64,000 nucleotides of DNA from positions 262-64,261 of the forward strand of contig CACLEX010000001.1 of assembly GCA_902606065.1 (NCBI GenBank). The letters are read 5' to 3'. This DNA is from an uncultured Pelagibacteraceae bacterium (GTDB lineage Bacteria > Pseudomonadota > Alphaproteobacteria > Pelagibacterales > Pelagibacteraceae). Shown here one piece after another: positions 61,780-64,000 of this stretch. Made by a program: the position numbers and the translations under genes. The notes beneath the pieces were generated by a model that was not told the DNA's origin, did no database searches, and saw nothing but the letters and a program-made list of their open reading frames with translations. Each line of letters starts with the position of its first letter. Position 1 is the stretch's first letter.

Positions 61780-61904
61780 TTATACCTCTCTCTTTTTAGT
61801 TATAACTGGCAAAAACCATAACCATTATCGAAGAGATTTAAAGTGTTAAAATTGCTCAAATTAGTCCGATTTATGGGTTATAACTATCAAAAATAGCTTA
61901 TTTT

Positions 61905-62528
61905 ATGGGAAAATATAAACTTACCTGGAAAGATCTTACCTTGAGGGACTTCAAGATCTATCTATTTGCCCTTTTTAAAGCATTTATCCCTAAAAAAAAA
62001 ATAAAGTCATTAGATGAATTAGAGGATTTTATTCAAACAAAATCAGCTTGGGTGTCACAAGTTACTTTGTATGGTTATTTAAAGACCAGGATGGGCACTA
62101 GGTATGTTCTTCATTTTGAAAATGATGAATTTATGAAGTCAGTTAATTTAGCTAAGTGGAATATCTATGCTGTGGCTTTGCAAGATCTGACGTTTTTTAC
62201 CTTCTCTTATTTAAAAGCAACTACAAACTATGAAGATACCAATAGGGCTAAAGAAATTTTTTTTAAAATTCTTGATGATGAAATTTCAAACAAAATGCCT
62301 TTAGATATTATCGAAAACACCAAAAAAAATTTTGATGAAAGATTTGAGAAAATGAATTGGGATACTTATCATAGTGATCTCCCTTTTAATCCTAGTGCAT
62401 TATCTTTATATAAGTGGGCTCCAATTGCTGAGGAGCTAAAAACTTTAGATCGTAAAATAGTTTTAAATTCAGTCATTCTCAAATGGGATGTTGTTAAAAA
62501 GGAATTTAAAGAAAGATTAGGTTTCTAA
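61905..62528 (+). CDS. Hypothetical protein (207 aa)
   Basis: Long ORF filling the gap; motif [17 protein letters not shown]; no catalytic motif recognised. Confidence 0.7.
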   Translation: MGKYKLTWKDLTLRDFKIYLFALFKAFIPKKKIKSLDELEDFIQTKSAWVSQVTLYGYLKTRMGTRYVLHFENDEFMKSVNLAKWNIYAVALQDLTFFTFSYLKATTNYEDTNRAKEIFFKILDDEISNKMPLDIIENTKKNFDERFEKMNWDTYHSDLPFNPSALSLYKWAPIAEELKTLDRKIVLNSVILKWDVVKKEFKERLGF

Positions 62529-64000
62529 GTATTTTTTCTATTGTCAACTAAACTATCAACAACACTTGGATCAGCTAAAGTAGTAGTGTCACCTAATTGA
62601 CCATGTTCATTTGCTGCAATCTTTCTAAGAATTCTTCTCATAATTTTTCCAGATCTTGTTTTTGGAAGCCCTGGAGTAAAGTGAATCAAGTCAGGAGTTG
62701 CTAATGGACCTATTTGTTTTCTAACCCATAATTTAAGTTCTCTTTCAAGATCTCCAGTTTCAGTCTCACCTGCATTTAGAGTTACGTAACAATATAGTCC
62801 ATTTCCTTTAATGTCATGTGGATAACCAACGACAGCGGCCTCAGCAACTTTAGGATGAGCAACAAAAGCACTTTCAATTTCAGCAGTACCCAAGTTGTGT
62901 CCTGATACAATAATTACGTCATCTACTCGTCCAGTGATCCAATAATATCCATCCTTGTCTCGTCTGCACCCATCCCCAGTAAAATATTTTCCATCAAATT
63001 GAGAAAAGTAAGTATCAATAAATCTTTGATGATCGCCATAAACAGTTCGCATTTGGCCTGGCCAAGACTGAGCTATACAAAGTCTCCCTTCTCCTGCACC
63101 TTTAATTTCTTTTCCATCTTTATCGACAAGAACAGGTTTAATTCCATAAAAAGGTTTTGTTGCTGATCCAGGTTTTAAAGGTATAGCTCCTGTTTGAGGC
63201 GCAATTAAAATTCCGCCTGTCTCTGTTTGCCACCAGGTATCTACGATTGGACACTTTGAGTTTCCAACTGTTTTGTAATACCACATCCAAGCCTCTGGAT
63301 TTATAGGCTCTCCGACTGTACCCAATAATTTTAGGGATTTTCGAGATGTTTTATTTACTGGATCATCACCCTCTCGCATAAGGGCTCTGATAGCTGTTGG
63401 AGCAGTATAAAAAGTATTAACTTTATATTTATCAACAATCTGCCACCATCTTGAGCTGTCCGGATAATTTGGTACTCCCTCAAACATTATTGTAGTAGCT
63501 CCGTTAGATAAGGGTCCATAAATAATATAACTATGACCTGTTACCCAACCTATGTCTGCAGTACACCAATAAATATCTTTAGGCTTATAGTTAAATATGT
63601 ATTGATGAGTCATGGAAGCATAAACCATGTAACCGCCCGTTGTATGTAGTACACCTTTCGGTTTACCTGTAGATCCAGACGTGTAAAGAATAAATAAAGG
63701 ATCTTCAGCATTCATTTCCTCAGGTTCACAATGACTTGGTACATCTTTAATTAGATCATGATACCAAACATCTCTGTCGTCATCCCAATAAACATAGTTT
63801 CCTGTTCTTTTGACAACAATACATTTTTTAACATCAGGACAATTACTTAATGCTTCATCGGTTGTTGCTTTTAATGGAATTGTTTTTCCACCTCTAACAC
63901 CCTCATCAGCTGTTATAATGTATTCTGATTTACAATCATTTACTCTTCCAGAAATAGACTCTGCTGAAAACCCTCCAAATATTATAGAATGTATGGCTCC
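62525..64000 (-). CDS. acs: Acetyl-CoA synthetase, 5'-truncated by the window edge
   Basis: Frame open to 64000 ([12 protein letters not shown]); [34 protein letters not shown]. Confidence 0.98.
   Translation of the reverse strand, partial: GAIHSIIFGGFSAESISGRVNDCKSEYIITADEGVRGGKTIPLKATTDEALSNCPDVKKCIVVKRTGNYVYWDDDRDVWYHDLIKDVPSHCEPEEMNAEDPLFILYTSGSTGKPKGVLHTTGGYMVYASMTHQYIFNYKPKDIYWCTADIGWVTGHSYIIYGPLSNGATTIMFEGVPNYPDSSRWWQIVDKYKVNTFYTAPTAIRALMREGDDPVNKTSRKSLKLLGTVGEPINPEAWMWYYKTVGNSKCPIVDTWWQTETGGILIAPQTGAIPLKPGSATKPFYGIKPVLVDKDGKEIKGAGEGRLCIAQSWPGQMRTVYGDHQRFIDTYFSQFDGKYFTGDGCRRDKDGYYWITGRVDDVIIVSGHNLGTAEIESAFVAHPKVAEAAVVGYPHDIKGNGLYCYVTLNAGETETGDLERELKLWVRKQIGPLATPDLIHFTPGLPKTRSGKIMRRILRKIAANEHGQLGDTTTLADPSVVDSLVDNRKNT

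Overview
AT-rich, very densely coding window from a streamlined marine alphaproteobacterium; gene content and order point to Pelagibacterales/SAR11 (inference). It spans the probable chromosomal origin region: hemE-hemH-hemJ-rho-mnmE-mnmG-rsmG-parA-parB run leftwards from a 281-bp AT-rich gap, and PPDK-regulatory protein-maf-aroE-coaE-dnaQ run rightwards. The window also carries grpE-dnaK-dnaJ, hslVU, a his cluster, leuS, trpS, ftsK, purH, a porin, tRNA-Gly(GCC) and an acs/actP-like uptake locus. No mobile element, prophage or CRISPR array is visible. The main items worth follow-up are: (1) a 39-codon ArfA-like ribosome-rescue ORF, missed by the ORF track, that has its own stop codon and follows a CenR-like regulator with an eroded receiver domain; (2) two SPINDLY-like GT41 glycosyltransferase paralogs between rho and mnmE that share a 174-bp identical tract although they are otherwise diverged; (3) a parS palindrome inside rsmG; (4) a repeated non-canonical DnaA-box-like 9-mer in the putative oriC; (5) a sulfotransferase with a broken PAPS-binding loop; (6) two further unannotated small proteins and several compact promoter arrangements. 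All family assignments come from motif recognition by eye; no database searches were run.
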